Positions 61,847 through 64,000 of a stretch of DNA of 64,000 nucleotides are shown in pieces. The first letter of the stretch is position 1. Every line of letters begins with the position of its first letter. Below the pieces are notes generated by a model. It saw only the letters and a list, made by a program, of their open reading frames with translations. It had not been told where the DNA came from and searched no databases. Made by a program: the position numbers and the translations under genes. This stretch comes from Eledone cirrhosa (Eukaryota): assembly GCA_964016885.1 (NCBI GenBank), contig OZ024761.1, positions 868,001-932,000 on the forward strand, in the 5' to 3' direction.

Positions 61847-62040
61847 ATAATAATAAAATTGAAGACTAAAATCCAAGCTCAAAACTAAACCTATAAGATT
61901 TGTGTGAGACATCTAGATGGTTCAAATTAGTTAATTCTCTCTCTGCAGCTCAAAACTGTGAACCTATAAGGTATGGGACATGCTGATGGCTCAAATCAAC
62001 TAGTTTTCTTTCTACACCTCATAATTGTGCACCTGAAATA
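61185..62040. repeat. Old ~69-bp tandem repeat interrupted by (TA)n
   Basis: Recurrent GATGGATCAAATCAACT...TTCTACAGCTCAAAACTGTGAACCT, with 23-aa periodicity in ORF 61287..61541. Confidence 0.8.
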
Positions 62041-62659
62041 ATTTGAACCATTGCTTATATCACATTAACAAATATTACAAACACCACCACACCTAATAGT
62101 CACAGTTACCAACCATTACTAACACAGATACCACTACTACTATCCCAAATAGTAATAAAACCCTCACCATCGTCACCAAACACCCACCATTACCACCATC
62201 ACTACATCACTACCATCAACAATATTTCTAACACCACCACTGTTACCATCATCTCCAATATTACTCACACTACCACTACTAAAACCTCCACCACTGCTTC
62301 CATCATCTTCAATATTACAAACACCACCACCACTACCACCAATACTACTAAAAATACCATCACCACCACCACCACCATCACCACTACTACTAAGCCCAAA
62401 TCACTTGAATTAATCCAGATAGAAATTTTGAGGGGGGAAAATCTTCAGACCTCCCACCCAACCCAACCACGATCACCATCATCATCAACACAAACTCACT
62501 GATGACTTTCCATCATCATCACTGCTATCACTACCACCTCATACCCACACAAGACTATCTGCCACCACCACTACCACAGGCTCACCAAAGACTTTCTATT
62601 CCATCTAAAACCAAATCTAAATATCAGATAATAATATCTGTAGTCAGAGAGATATTAGC

Positions 62660-63065
62660 AGCCATCCAATCCAGCCAGCCAACCAACCAGCCAGCATCAT
62701 TCCATCAAATCCAGCTTAACCATCCAGCCATCCTTCCATTCAATCCTACCCCTCATCCAGTCAACCATCCCTCCAACCAGCCAGCTAACCATCCCTCCAA
62801 CCAGCCAGCTAACCATCCCTCCAACCAGCCAGCTAACCATCCATCCAACCAGCCAGCTAACCATCCATCCAACCAGCCAGCCATCCTTCCAGCCTTCTAT
62901 TTAATCCAGCCAACCAACCAGGCAACTAACCAACCATCTAATCAGGCATCTAGCCAGCCATCCAATCAGGCAACCAGCCAGCCATCCAACAAACCAACCA
63001 ACCAACCATCCATCCAACCATTCATTCAACCATCCAGCCAACCAACTCATCCAAATCAGCCAGCC
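62660..63065. repeat. (CCAA/CCAT/CCAG)n tetranucleotide repeats
   Basis: Direct reading of the sequence. Confidence 0.9.
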
Positions 63066-63814
63066 ACTGTCTCTACATGTGTTTAATTCCTTCTCTCAAG
63101 ACACAGACAGACACACAAATGGCCCTGGCATGTAACATCAGTAGCTCACCCTCCCCACAAACATCATCAGTCATCCATTCCTGACCCAATTAGATCTGAT
63201 CAGTTTCTTAAGAAAGCAAAAGGAAGGATGAGTAAAAAAAATATAAAAAAATGGGTTTGGGTTTATTTTGTTTTGTTTTTTATAGAAAAATACATAAATG
63301 AAATGAGATAAAAAAAAATTTTTTTAGATATAAAAATTAAAAAGTTCGAAAAATTAAAAATAAATAAATAAATTAATTAATTTTATTTTATTTTTTTATA
63401 TATATATTTCATGATTACACTTTAGTACAGCAGACTTTAGGTTTTATGAAGAAAAAACATCTAATCTGACAAACAGGATACTTCAAACTATGTGTATTTG
63501 TGTGTGGGTGTGTATATATGTATATGTGTGTGTGAATGTAAGTATATGTGTATGTATATATGTATGTGTGTGTGTGTGTATACACACACACACACGCGCG
63601 CGCGCGGAAGCTACACCAAGAAGATTGCCTCAGCGAAAGCAATGATCTATTAGCAAGGGTTGGATGAGTATACATAGACCAAGTCAATACTGAAGCGGGG
63701 CTACTGACCTCCAGGACAGGCTGAGGGGTCTGCATCCTGCTTACGGATGGTCATATTGAGTGCAGGGAAGAAGTTGTGTCTTTTGACACAAATTGAAGGG
63801 TCCTCTTAAGCCCT

Positions 63815-64000
63815 TGTTTGGCAAGCTTTCTATGGCTGGATGCTCTCCCTAACATCAACCACTTTACACTATGTACTGGGTGCTTTTATTGTGTAGATCA
63901 CCAGCACTAAGGAAGGTGTCATGTCCTTGACTTAGCTAAACAATCATACCAACCCTTTACTTGGCAAGCTTTCTATGCCCTTCCTAACACCAATCACTTT
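63815..64000 (-). mobile_element. Degenerate SINE body fragments
   Basis: GGCTGGATGCTCTCCCTAACATCAACC and ATGCCCTTCCTAACACCAA match the family 1 / RTE 3' body. Confidence 0.6.

Overview
AT-rich, repeat-saturated eukaryotic DNA with no supportable host coding exon. The repeat mix (tRNA-headed SINEs with RTE-type (ATG)n tails, RTE LINEs, kilobase (TA)n tracts) is consistent with an octopus-like cephalopod, but this is inference. Contents: (1) several Penelope-like elements (PLEs). These include a Naiad-type RT + GIY-YIG copy with an 848-bp inverted arm and at least six readable hammerhead ribozyme motifs, one carrying a compensatory U3-A8 core. Most PLE pieces end in fold-back palindromes. (2) One RTE LINE family in eight pieces, including a near-intact copy at about 39.5-43.4 kb whose RT carries an inserted C4HC3 PHD-like finger. 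(3) Fragments of at least four other LINE families. (4) Two abundant SINE families and a third single copy. (5) piggyBac-, hAT- and Tc1/mariner-type MITEs. (6) Micro- and minisatellites, including a 48-bp array grown out of a SINE/LINE body and a ~1.9-kb triplication that includes the LINE 5' leader. A minus-strand AG|GTAAG motif at about 24990 suggests the window may lie in a very large intron. All alignments and folds were done by eye; no searches were run.
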